A stretch of 63,230 bases of DNA, the filler included, from an uncultured Methanosarcinales archaeon (GTDB taxonomy: Archaea > Nanobdellota > Nanobdellia > Woesearchaeales > CAYXTQ01), in NCBI GenBank assembly GCA_964608065.1. It is 22 parts of 22 records of this genome, joined end to end, with 100 filler letters (N's around TTAATTAATTAA, not from the genome) between each part and the next. Parts side by side here need not be neighbours in the genome. Positions count along the whole stretch, not along the records: positions 52,547 to 54,830 come from CAZSMA010000122.1; positions 54,931 to 57,196 come from CAZSMA010000123.1; positions 57,297 to 59,255 come from CAZSMA010000126.1; positions 59,356 to 61,256 come from CAZSMA010000127.1; positions 61,357 to 63,230 come from CAZSMA010000128.1; 17 more parts are not named here. The stretch is one strand, 5' to 3'. Positions 52,642 to 61,521 of the stretch are shown piece by piece. Each line of letters begins with the position of its first letter. The first letter of the stretch is position 1. Under the pieces are notes generated by a model. The model saw only the letters and a list, made by a program, of their open reading frames with translations, did no database searches and was not told where the DNA came from. The translations under genes and the position numbers were made by a program.

Positions 52642-53487
52642 TTAACGCGCCCTGAGGCTCGCTGCGCTCGCGGCCACCGAACGGGAACAGCCACTGCCGT
52701 CGATATGGACGCTGCAACCAATATGGAAGTCACTATTATAACAGTTAAGCGAAACTGCCCTCGATGATTTTTCTAAACGCGTATAATAAGTGTTGTCTTC
52801 AAAAGGCGGTGTCCAAATCTTTATATTGTCTTTAGATTTATTGCTCAATTTTTCAAAAACTTGAATAATTTCTTCTTCTGAATCTTCTGTTTGTAATAAC
52901 TGCCTCAAATAATTAAAGCCTTTACTTTGCTTAAGGACATCTTCTATTTGTTCGCCTCTATAAATAGGGATTTCTAAGTCTATCGGCTCTTTCTGCATTC
53001 TTGAACCAAAGTTATGTACCATTCTTGCATGTTCATCATTAGGATTGTAATTTATTCTCGTGCTGCATAATAACCATCTCTTTTCAAAATCCTTTCTTAA
53101 GGAAGTAAGTAATTTTTCACTAACTTTAGAATCTGTTGTTATATGCTTGAATACCTGATAAAGCTCTGGCATTGAAGGAAACCATCTGTCTTCAAATTTG
53201 TTCCAGTATTTTATCCATTCGCCTTGAGTCTTATAGGCATTATTTTCAGCAGCGACTTCATCCAATGTTAAAAGAATTTTAGGCTTAGGCAGTCTCTGTT
53301 CCAATTCAGAAATTAATGAAACTAATCCTTTTCTTTCTTTCTCTTTTAAGAACTGCTGGGTAGAAGGATTAGACGTGAAGAATGTATGAAGTTCTTCTAT
53401 TCTTTGCAAACTAAGGTTTTCCAAATTATCCCTAGCTTCCCTGTAAGCTCTTACTGTTTCCTGGATTTGTAGTAATAAGTCTTGCAT
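52642..53487 (-). CDS. Probable DGR target (variable) protein
   Basis: C-terminus RAVSLNCYNSDFHIGCSVHIDGSGCSRSV contains 23 consecutive NNY codons, followed by a GC-rich hairpin; ATG at 53487. Confidence 0.7.
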   Translation of the reverse strand: MQDLLLQIQETVRAYREARDNLENLSLQRIEELHTFFTSNPSTQQFLKEKERKGLVSLISELEQRLPKPKILLTLDEVAAENNAYKTQGEWIKYWNKFEDRWFPSMPELYQVFKHITTDSKVSEKLLTSLRKDFEKRWLLCSTRINYNPNDEHARMVHNFGSRMQKEPIDLEIPIYRGEQIEDVLKQSKGFNYLRQLLQTEDSEEEIIQVFEKLSNKSKDNIKIWTPPFEDNTYYTRLEKSSRAVSLNCYNSDFHIGCSVHIDGSGCSRSVAASAASLRAR

Positions 53488-53488
53488 T

Positions 53489-54649
53489 TTATTCCACAAT
53501 CTCTTCAAAAGCTGAAGGTTCACGAAGTAACTGAGCGATTTCTTCACGTGGATTACCTAATTCAAGAGAACTCAACATCAATTCGCCATCCAAATCAGAG
53601 CTAACCTTTATTCTTCCTTGATTTTCACAAGTTCTGATTTCTAATTGTTCCTGTACTTCCATATATGCCTTATTAGCATCAGCTATTAATTTCGGAGCAT
53701 TTTTTATAACATTATCAATGTCCAATAATCCCATGGATATCTCAGAACACTGGTCTATTACATCATAATGAATTTTCAGGTCTGATAAAGCCATAAAACC
53801 GGGATTAACAAGCTCCTGTGACTGTTGCCATTGTTGAAGTAGTAATGCAAACTGATTTTCTAATGATTTATACTTAGGTTTAAGATAGGCTAATTCCAAC
53901 TTTTTGACTTTAAAGACATTTTCTAATTCAAATCTTTTTGATTTATATCTGTCCAAAAGCGATATCCTATTAGCATGCGATTCTAAATCAACAGAAGAAT
54001 AAAACAATTCACTATCCAGATTTTTAACTCGTTGAATCTCCCCCCATCTCGTTTCCCTCTCTTCATCAGAAAGAGCAACATAACCTTCGTAAAAATCAAT
54101 TATGTCTTCTGTTATTCTTTTGTCTTGCTCTATGGCTTCAAAAAAAGCATCACATCTTCTTAACTTTTCTTTTAACTGCGTTCTCTCCTTAACCAAGCCC
54201 TTATATTTTTGCTCAAGCTTATTAAAATTCTCGCTTAGCTGGGCTAAGGCTTTATGTCCTTGAGATATCTCATTTTCCATAGCTACAATTGATTCAAGAA
54301 GTTTTGTTTTCTTGGAGTTCTTGGGTTTTGGACTTTTTCTTATAAAAGCCAAATAAGCCCTTTTAAACCATGAATGTTCAGTTTTATAAGCCTCTAAATC
54401 ATTTTTCCTTGCTTTTTCCAATGCTTCTGTATGGCTTATAATTTTGTCATCAGGAATGCAAAGTTGAAGCACTAGCTCCTTATATAGGTCTTGTGCAAAG
54501 GATGAATTATTTGATTGCGTTAATAAAACAAGGTTTCTTTCTCCAGTCAAAGCCAAAGTATTAAGCCCAATTTCAGTTTCAAGTTTAACAAGACTTTTAT
54601 CTTGATTTTGGTCATCTGTTCTGTATTCTGTAATATCTGCTCCAGCCAT
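53489..54649 (-). CDS. Coiled-coil hypothetical protein
   Basis: 386 aa with long helical/heptad segments; stop lies 1 nt from the next ATG. Confidence 0.75.
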   Translation of the reverse strand: MAGADITEYRTDDQNQDKSLVKLETEIGLNTLALTGERNLVLLTQSNNSSFAQDLYKELVLQLCIPDDKIISHTEALEKARKNDLEAYKTEHSWFKRAYLAFIRKSPKPKNSKKTKLLESIVAMENEISQGHKALAQLSENFNKLEQKYKGLVKERTQLKEKLRRCDAFFEAIEQDKRITEDIIDFYEGYVALSDEERETRWGEIQRVKNLDSELFYSSVDLESHANRISLLDRYKSKRFELENVFKVKKLELAYLKPKYKSLENQFALLLQQWQQSQELVNPGFMALSDLKIHYDVIDQCSEISMGLLDIDNVIKNAPKLIADANKAYMEVQEQLEIRTCENQGRIKVSSDLDGELMLSSLELGNPREEIAQLLREPSAFEEIVE

Positions 54650-54717
54650 ATTTTTCTCCTAAATAAGTTAATTTTGGGTAAAATTCTTAGTTTATAAATT
54701 TTACTATTCTTTTGTAG

Positions 54718-54830
54718 TTATTTTCCAAATCTTCTTTGTCTAGATTCAACTTCTTTTATTGCAATTTCTAAATCTTTTTTAGTAAACTCTGGCCAGAATT
54801 TATCCATAAAATAAAGTTCAGAATAAGCTA
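54718..54830 (-). CDS. uppS: Undecaprenyl/polyprenyl diphosphate synthase C-terminus, 5' partial
   Basis: [15 protein letters not shown]...RQRRFGK. Confidence 0.9.
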
Positions 54831-55042
54831 NNNNNNNNNNNNNNNNNNNNNNNNNNNNNNNNNNNNNNNNNNNNTTAATTAATTAANNNNNNNNNNNNNN
54901 NNNNNNNNNNNNNNNNNNNNNNNNNNNNNNACTGCTATATTCTTAGCAGTAGGGGTTTATAATTCTTTAGATTTGGGACAAACCCTATACTGGTATAGGT
55001 TTTTGTATTGTTATTAAATCATAAAGAAAAAAGAAAAAAAAA

Positions 55043-55468
55043 TTAATGATAATGTCCTTTTGTAGTATGTGTTTCATTACTAGGAGCTGCTTTTACTTCT
55101 CTTGTTTCTTTGTTTCTATAAATTTGTGCAAATGTTGGTGTTATAACAATATAGTCTTCTCCAAATCCTGCAATTTCTCCTTCTATAGCATCTGTTGTTT
55201 TCTTTAATTTGTTTATAGCTCTTTTTAGCTCTACTAAATCTTTGTCTTTTAATGGTTTAATATTGATTAAAGATATAGTGTTTCCTTCTCTTAAGGAATC
55301 TAAAATTTCTTTAATATCCTCAAAATTTTTAAGGACAAACGGCCTTACAATAATCTTCGATTTAATTTCTTCTCCTTCTGTATCTAATTCAACATAATCT
55401 TCTTCTGCATCTTCAGGCATATCCTCTGCCGTAGTACCTTTTTTGAACAAGTCTGAAAAAAAACCCAT
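55043..55468 (-). CDS. sepF: Archaeal cell division protein SepF
   Basis: DIKEILDSLREGNTISLINIKPL...LKRAINKLK...GEIAG...IVITP. Confidence 0.9.
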   Translation of the reverse strand: MGFFSDLFKKGTTAEDMPEDAEEDYVELDTEGEEIKSKIIVRPFVLKNFEDIKEILDSLREGNTISLINIKPLKDKDLVELKRAINKLKKTTDAIEGEIAGFGEDYIVITPTFAQIYRNKETREVKAAPSNETHTTKGHYH

Positions 55469-55623
55469 TTTTAAACATCCTCCTCTTATTATTATAAACT
55501 TAAATTATCATAGATATATTTAAAGCTTTTGTTTTTTATATTGTATATCATTAAAACAAAAAGCTTTTTATAATAGTATGATTTCTCTAGTTTAAGTAGT
55601 TAATATTGTATGAAGGGGGTAAA

Positions 55624-55917
55624 ATGACAAAAAGAATAGGCGGATTTAGAAGAAAAACAAGACACAAGCTAAGCAAAAAACAAAAAGACAAAGGAAAAAT
55701 AAGCTTAAGAAAGTATTTTCAGAGCTTTAAAGTAGGCGATAGAGTGTTATTGAATGCAGAATCAGCTATCCATAACGGAATGTATAATCCTAAGTATCAC
55801 TCAAAGTCAGCTACTGTACTAGGAAAGAGAGGCAAATGCTACAAATTAGAGATACAAGACAAAAATAAAAGTAAAACATTGATTGTACATCCAGTACATT
55901 TAAGGAGGTTAAAATGA
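55624..55917 (+). CDS. rpl21e: 50S ribosomal protein L21e
   Basis: GFRRKTRHKL, FKVGDRV, KTLIVHPVHLR. Confidence 0.95.
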   Translation: MTKRIGGFRRKTRHKLSKKQKDKGKISLRKYFQSFKVGDRVLLNAESAIHNGMYNPKYHSKSATVLGKRGKCYKLEIQDKNKSKTLIVHPVHLRRLK

Positions 55918-56273
55918 GTATTCCTAATATTATAGAAGAGAAACCAATTACTATGGCTGAATTAAAGGAGGAGTTAGATAAAATAAAAAAAAAGGATAAG
56001 GAGTTGAACTTTAGGGCCAATAAAACCTATGAACATTTAACTCAGTTTGGTAAACATGATTATAATAAGGCAAAAGAACTGATAGATAAATTGGAAAAAT
56101 TGAAAATTCCAAGATTAAAGGAAGAATACATGGTAAAGATTGTTGATGTTTTGCCAACTACATTAGATGATTTAAAAGTATTGTTACAAGGTTATACTGT
56201 TACAATCAAGAGTGAAAATATGAAGAAGATTGTTGAAACAGTAAATAAATTTGTTGAAGATGGAAAAAGGTAA
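55914..56273 (+). CDS. rpoF: RNA polymerase subunit F (Rpo4)
   Basis: EEKPITMAELKEEL..ELNFRANKTYEHL..KIVDVLP; conserved rpl21e-rpoF-DUF655 order. Confidence 0.9.
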   Translation: MSIPNIIEEKPITMAELKEELDKIKKKDKELNFRANKTYEHLTQFGKHDYNKAKELIDKLEKLKIPRLKEEYMVKIVDVLPTTLDDLKVLLQGYTVTIKSENMKKIVETVNKFVEDGKR

Positions 56274-56820
56274 AGAAGAGCACGCAATTGTATTGGATTA
56301 TTTGCCTAATGGTTATCCCTTTGATAACCAGCCAGGCCATAGAAAGGTTCCTATAGTGCAAGCTGTAGGCAAAGAACACTTTGTTCTATTAGAGTTAGTT
56401 CCAAAAAAAGATATAAAGCAATTACAGTCTCATGATGAGATTTATATTGGAGAAGGCAAAAGGGATCATATACATCATATTATTGGAAAGGTATCTTTGA
56501 GTAAATTGACTGCAACTGCTAAAGCAGAACTTCAATACGTAATCGTAGAGCTTATAAAAAAAAATGAAAAAAAGTTTTTAGACTTTTTCAATAAGGCACA
56601 GCCCTTAACTACAAGAATGCATCAGATTGAATTATTGCCAGGTGTTGGAAAAAAGCATATGTGGCAGATTATTGAGGAAAGAAAGAATAAAGAATTTGAA
56701 AGCTTTGCTGATTTGAAAAAAAGGGTTAAGTTGTTGCCAGACCCTGAGAAAAGCATTGTAAGAAGAATAATGTTAGAGTTAGAAGGAAAAGAAAAGCACA
56801 TGGTATTTGTTGATAATTAG
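56260..56820 (+). CDS. DUF655 nucleic-acid-binding protein
   Basis: VLDYLPNG, F.LLELVP, RMHQIELLPGVGKK. Confidence 0.9.
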   Translation: MEKGKEEHAIVLDYLPNGYPFDNQPGHRKVPIVQAVGKEHFVLLELVPKKDIKQLQSHDEIYIGEGKRDHIHHIIGKVSLSKLTATAKAELQYVIVELIKKNEKKFLDFFNKAQPLTTRMHQIELLPGVGKKHMWQIIEERKNKEFESFADLKKRVKLLPDPEKSIVRRIMLELEGKEKHMVFVDN

Positions 56821-56835
56821 TTCTTAGAAAAGAAA

Positions 56836-57177
56836 ATGTACAAACAAGTTATCTTGGTAAGAACGGATTTGAAGTTACCTAAAGGTAAGTTAGCTTCTCA
56901 ATGTTCCCATGCATCAGTTGAAGCAATGCTTAAATCCCATAAAGATTATATTTCAGAATGGAAAAAAGAAGGAATGAAAAAAGTTGTTCTAAAAGTTAAA
57001 GATTTAGATGAATTGATAAAGTATAAACAAGAAGCAGAAGATGAAGGGTTAGTGACTGGATTGATAACAGATGCTGGAAAAACAGTTGTAGAGCCAGGAA
57101 CTGTTACTTGTTTAGGAATAGGTCCTGATAAAGAAGATAAGATTGATAAGGTTACTGGGAATTTGAAGATGTTGTAA
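56836..57177 (+). CDS. pth2: Peptidyl-tRNA hydrolase 2
   Basis: KQVILVRTDLKLPKGKLASQCSHA, DAGKT, T.LGIGP. Confidence 0.95.
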   Translation: MYKQVILVRTDLKLPKGKLASQCSHASVEAMLKSHKDYISEWKKEGMKKVVLKVKDLDELIKYKQEAEDEGLVTGLITDAGKTVVEPGTVTCLGIGPDKEDKIDKVTGNLKML

Positions 57178-57339
57178 TTCTATGGAAAGATTTTTANNNN
57201 NNNNNNNNNNNNNNNNNNNNNNNNNNNNNNNNNNNNNNNNTTAATTAATTAANNNNNNNNNNNNNNNNNNNNNNNNNNNNNNNNNNNNNNNNNNNNTAAA
57301 GAAAATAGCTACTTCTATTTTAGAACTAAAGTCATTAAA

Positions 57340-57414
57340 TGGGCCCCATGGGATTTGAACCCACGACCTCCCGATTATCAGTCGGGTGCTATAACCAGAC
57401 TAAGCCAAGGGCCC
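57340..57414 (-). tRNA. tRNA-Ile(GAT)
   Basis: Cloverleaf GGGCCCT...CCCGA-CTGATAA-TCGGG...GGTTCAAATCC...GGGGCCCA; no encoded CCA. Confidence 0.97.
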
Positions 57415-57424
57415 ATGATAAGAG

Positions 57425-57498
57425 CGTCCCGGGCAGGATTTGAACCTGCGACCGCACGGTTAACAGCCGTGTGCTCTACCAGACTGAGCCACCGAGAC
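57425..57498 (-). tRNA. tRNA-Asn(GTT)
   Basis: GTCTCGG...CACGG-CTGTTAA-CCGTG...GGTTCAAATCC...CCGGGACG. Confidence 0.97.
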
Positions 57499-57563
57499 AT
57501 TATTTTCTGAAATAGAAGTAGCTATTTTCTTTAAAAAGGTTTCTGTCAATAGTACGTAATAAG

Positions 57564-58874
57564 TTAAGAGGCTATTGCACTTAAATTCTTAAATAAGTTC
57601 TTCCCTTGTAATTTCCATGTATGTAATACTGAAACTACAATGTCAATCCATCGTTTACCTTTTTCGTTTCTGTAGCACCCTATTGTCTTTCTTAAAAGAA
57701 CAATAGGTCTTAATTCTCTTTCTGCATGATTATTATCTAATGGTACACCTTTATAATACAATGCTGTAAACCAATCTTCGCCTCCATTTTTGATAAGTGT
57801 TCTTAGACCTTTTGCTCCTTGAATAACTTTCAAGCATGTTACAATATCATTCAATATCCATTTTGCTTTTTTTATTTCTTTTTCATCAGGTGGTTTTGTA
57901 TTAAGCACTTTAATGGTTTCATAAAGTGCTTTTAGTCTTGCATATTGTGTTTCTATTTCTTTATTGTTTTTAACATAATCTTTGAATTCTCTAATAAGAT
58001 GCGACCAGCATCTTTGTTTTAAGGGAAAGATATCATATGCATTATATCCATCAACTACGATTATTCCTTTGAAGTTTTTGAGCAATTCTTGGATATTTAT
58101 TCTTGCCCTGCTCATTGTTGCACTTAGAATCGATATTGTTTTAGTAAAAACTCCCCACACATAACCATTTTGTCCGTCTTTTCTAAAACTTGTTTCATCA
58201 GCATGAGCATAACTTGCCTTATTTAACTCTTCCAGCAATGATTCTCTTTTGCTCTCAAGTTTATTTGCAAACCTATCCGTTATCTTTTGCACTTCAACAT
58301 CACTAAAACTGGGAGCACCAAGTTCCCTTATAAAATCTGCAATCTTTCTATGAGAATTGGTGAGATTCTTGAGCATTACAACAATACTTTGAATATTCTT
58401 GCCATAGATATTTTTAGGTAAAAAAACATTAGCTGTAACTATTTTTCCAGTACTTGGAGAAATATATTTCATAATCCGATGCTCAATTACTCTTATTGGC
58501 TTGTCAGGAAAATCAATTATTATCTTCTTCAAATATCCAACTGGTTTTCCCAAGGGCAAACCAGTAACTGGACAGAAATCAAGTTTGTGTTCTACAACTT
58601 CATCAGGTTCAGGAAGTTTTATTCCACCACCATTGCTACCCTTAGGCTTACCTGGAAAACGAGGTTTATCCTCTTCATTATCTTGATTTTTTTTTGTATT
58701 ATTTTTTCTTTTCTTGGATGATGGTGTATGCGGATTATCAAAAGCTTTAAGATAATGCTCAATTTTAATTAAACGTTCTTCAAGATCTTGTCGCATTTTA
58801 CGTTCTTTAAGAAGTAATCTAACTAATTCACTTTTACTTAGCTTTTTTAATTCCTTTTTTACAGACAAGAACAA
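57564..58874 (-). CDS. IS66 family transposase
   Basis: HADET, VVDGY.AY, QRCWSHLIRE, VPLDNNHAERELR. Confidence 0.95.
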   Translation of the reverse strand: MFLSVKKELKKLSKSELVRLLLKERKMRQDLEERLIKIEHYLKAFDNPHTPSSKKRKNNTKKNQDNEEDKPRFPGKPKGSNGGGIKLPEPDEVVEHKLDFCPVTGLPLGKPVGYLKKIIIDFPDKPIRVIEHRIMKYISPSTGKIVTANVFLPKNIYGKNIQSIVVMLKNLTNSHRKIADFIRELGAPSFSDVEVQKITDRFANKLESKRESLLEELNKASYAHADETSFRKDGQNGYVWGVFTKTISILSATMSRARINIQELLKNFKGIIVVDGYNAYDIFPLKQRCWSHLIREFKDYVKNNKEIETQYARLKALYETIKVLNTKPPDEKEIKKAKWILNDIVTCLKVIQGAKGLRTLIKNGGEDWFTALYYKGVPLDNNHAERELRPIVLLRKTIGCYRNEKGKRWIDIVVSVLHTWKLQGKNLFKNLSAIAS

Positions 58875-59010
58875 TCACCTCGTCTCCAAGATATTCTTTT
58901 GGGCAATCAATCTTTGCCCCTGTCCCAAATTTTGTAACTTTGCGTTCAAAATAACCGCAAATATTCTTTACAGAAAGTTCATTCAAATAGTTTACTTTGA
59001 TTTTTCTCAT
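58834..59010 (-). CDS. DUF2080 transposon-encoded protein (58 aa, not in the ORF track)
   Basis: MRKIKV...FERKVTKFGTGAKIDCPKEYLGDEVIVLV. Confidence 0.8.
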   Translation of the reverse strand: MRKIKVNYLNELSVKNICGYFERKVTKFGTGAKIDCPKEYLGDEVIVLVCKKGIKKAK

Positions 59011-59355
59011 TAATATATATTAAATATATATTAAGTATAAAAAGATTTCGGTATTGTAAAATATCTATTAAATTGAGTCATTTATAAAGAAATAGACTTA
59101 TTACTTACTATGCTTAAATCTATACTAGGGAAATTATCTTAACTTTACATGAAGACATAAGCCTTTATTAATTTAAATGGTTAAATTAACTCTTAGCATC
59201 GGCACTGTCTAATTTTTAAGTGATTTTTGAAAATTTATAGAGGATTTCAGCTTGCNNNNNNNNNNNNNNNNNNNNNNNNNNNNNNNNNNNNNNNNNNNNT
59301 TAATTAATTAANNNNNNNNNNNNNNNNNNNNNNNNNNNNNNNNNNNNNNNNNNNN

Positions 59356-60129
59356 GATTACGGGGCTAGGTTTTATGATGCGGCTCTAGGGAGATTCCAT
59401 ACTATTGACCCGCTGGCAGAGAAGTTTCCATGGCAATCTCCTTATTGCTATGCAGGAAATAATCCTATTAGGTTCATTGATTATAATGGACTGGGGCCAG
59501 GAGATAGAGTTAAAGCTGCACGAAGTATGACTGGAATTGAATACAAACAGGAAACTGAATCTTCAATGAGAACCGCAAATACTGCAGAAGCGAGACAGTA
59601 TATGGACTGCGCTGAATTTGTTTGTAGGGTACTTGGAGCAGACCAAATAACAGATGGAGTTCAACACATGAATTCATCTGGTTTAAAAAGTTACTTTGAC
59701 AATAAAGACAAGTTTATTAATTCTGCTGACCCGCAAGTTGGAGATGTTGCTGTATGGAAAGGTCATGTTGGCGTGGTTACCGAAGTTGGAGAAGATGGAA
59801 AGATAAAATTAACTCATGCCCGAGGTGCTGGAAAATTATCTAAGGAAAACCCATATGCGATATCTCCAGAACAATATCGTGACTCTGAGTTTTATGGATA
59901 TTATAGACCAGTAGCCGAAACACCTGATGGAAAAATTGATAATAACGGGAATCCTGTTACTACAAATAATCAATCTGCCAATTCTACAGGAAGTTTTGAT
60001 TTGACACCACAGCCTGAAACGGCAGTACAAGACAATACAAGGGTTGTTAATAATTCATTTATTCAACAAATAAACAATTTACCACAAGGGAATTACAAAG
60101 TTGTAAATGGCCAAATCGTGCCTCAATAA
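59356..60129 (+). CDS. Rhs core C-terminus with NlpC/P60(CHAP)-like toxin domain, 5' partial
   Basis: [23 protein letters not shown]...[18 protein letters not shown], then MDCAEFV...[15 protein letters not shown]...HA. Confidence 0.85.
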   Translation, partial: DYGARFYDAALGRFHTIDPLAEKFPWQSPYCYAGNNPIRFIDYNGLGPGDRVKAARSMTGIEYKQETESSMRTANTAEARQYMDCAEFVCRVLGADQITDGVQHMNSSGLKSYFDNKDKFINSADPQVGDVAVWKGHVGVVTEVGEDGKIKLTHARGAGKLSKENPYAISPEQYRDSEFYGYYRPVAETPDGKIDNNGNPVTTNNQSANSTGSFDLTPQPETAVQDNTRVVNNSFIQQINNLPQGNYKVVNGQIVPQ

Positions 60130-60136
60130 ATAGATT

Positions 60137-60733
60137 ATGAAACTGGTAGCATTTTTCATATTATTATATGGATGTACTCAATCGAATAGTTTGAAAACTC
60201 ATTCTAATGAAGTATCCCAAATAACTCAGGATTCTTTAATGCAGTATGCAAAAAAAGAATTTGAAATCATAGAGTTAGAGCAAAAGGGAGATACCCTATT
60301 AATTGTTTCTACAAATAAGGTGTTGTTTTATCCGTTCGGTAAATATGCAAATTTCAAAGAATTTAAAGATGGGTACTTAGTTAAACGCGATTTAAAGGTA
60401 AGGATAGATTCGTCTTTTAATATTTTTAGAATATTCAGTATAGAAAATGAAAAGACTAATGTTAAATTGATAGAGAATACAGAAACAGAAAGGCTGGAAC
60501 TTTTTAAAGCAGATATTAGGGATAATTCTTTCGAGTTGTTTTATGGTATAAGGTTAGGCATGAAGAAAGACGAGGTATTCTTGCAATTTTTTGTCAAAAC
60601 TCCTCCTGGATTAAATCACATAAGGACAATTAAAATAGCGTCTGGTTTAGAAGGTATCTGGTATTACTTCAATTTTTCAACAAAGGAACAACTTGAAAAT
60701 ATTATAATAGAAAGTGATTATGTTCTTGACTGA
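60137..60733 (+). CDS. Putative immunity lipoprotein
   Basis: Lipobox-like LYGC; directly downstream of the Rhs toxin domain. Confidence 0.6.
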   Translation: MKLVAFFILLYGCTQSNSLKTHSNEVSQITQDSLMQYAKKEFEIIELEQKGDTLLIVSTNKVLFYPFGKYANFKEFKDGYLVKRDLKVRIDSSFNIFRIFSIENEKTNVKLIENTETERLELFKADIRDNSFELFYGIRLGMKKDEVFLQFFVKTPPGLNHIRTIKIASGLEGIWYYFNFSTKEQLENIIIESDYVLD

Positions 60734-60746
60734 TATCAAAAAAACC

Positions 60747-60775
60747 CGCTTGCGCTCGTTTGCAACGAGTGCAGC
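60747..60775 (+). terminator. Hairpin (terminator or REP-like)
   Basis: GCGCTCGTT-TGC-AACGAGTGC. Confidence 0.4.
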
Positions 60776-61256
60776 TAATGCAGCCTACCGGCCAGCTATC
60801 AAACCTACCCCAAGAAATAAATTTTGCTTCCGGCAATAAAATTCGTTATTTTTACACGGCCGATGGTTTAAAACAAAAAAAGGAAGTGTACGAGGATAGC
60901 CTAAAAACAAGTGAGATGAGTTATAAAGGTTCTTTTATTTATGAAGAAACGGGTTTAGCTTATGTCTTGTTTGATGAGGGACGTTTGTTGAAAGATGGAA
61001 CAAGTTATACTTACGAATACTTTCTAAAAGACCATTTAGGAAACACAAGAGTCAGTTTTACAAAAGATGGCACAATAATACAGAAGTTACAAGAAGACCA
61101 TTATTATCCTTTTGGAATGGCTTTCCAGGGCGTAAACAGCTCTATTTTAAGCCCAGAGAATAAATACAAATACAACGGCAAAGTTGGAGCGCAGCGGAAA
61201 TCCCGATCCTTCGGGAAGCTAAACGATGAGCTGGATTTAGACTGGTACGATTACGG
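60760..61256 (+). pseudogene. Orphan Rhs core fragment
   Basis: Y.YTADG.K, EGR, YEYFLKDHLGNTRV, YYPFG, YKYNGK...DWYDY; no Rhs N-terminus. Confidence 0.8.
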
Positions 61257-61521
61257 NNNNNNNNNNNNNNNNNNNNNNNNNNNNNNNNNNNNNNNNNNNN
61301 TTAATTAATTAANNNNNNNNNNNNNNNNNNNNNNNNNNNNNNNNNNNNNNNNNNNNAATAAAGAGTTATAATGGGAATACTATTATTTATTTGGATTCAT
61401 ACAACACAGCATATACTTGACTGCCATAATGTTTATATATTAGTTAACCTTATAGTATATATATTAACTAAATAAGATAAGCCCAAAGGAGACGAAGTTT
61501 TGAGCCAACATCTCCCCTGGT

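Larger units (their letters stand above)
57556..59104 (-). mobile_element. IS66-family element (single-transposase, ISBst12-like layout) carrying DUF2080
   Basis: Terminal IR GTAATAAGT / ACTTATTAC enclosing the transposase and a small accessory ORF. Confidence 0.75.

Noticed and set aside
54931..57196. sepF / rpl21e-rpoF-DUF655-pth2 cluster
   Set aside because: Ordinary archaeal housekeeping synteny; useful only for taxonomy
3605..61356. Regularly recurring TTAATTAATTAA between N-runs
   Set aside because: Artificial contig linker, not a CRISPR array or biological repeat; ORFs running into X residues are truncations
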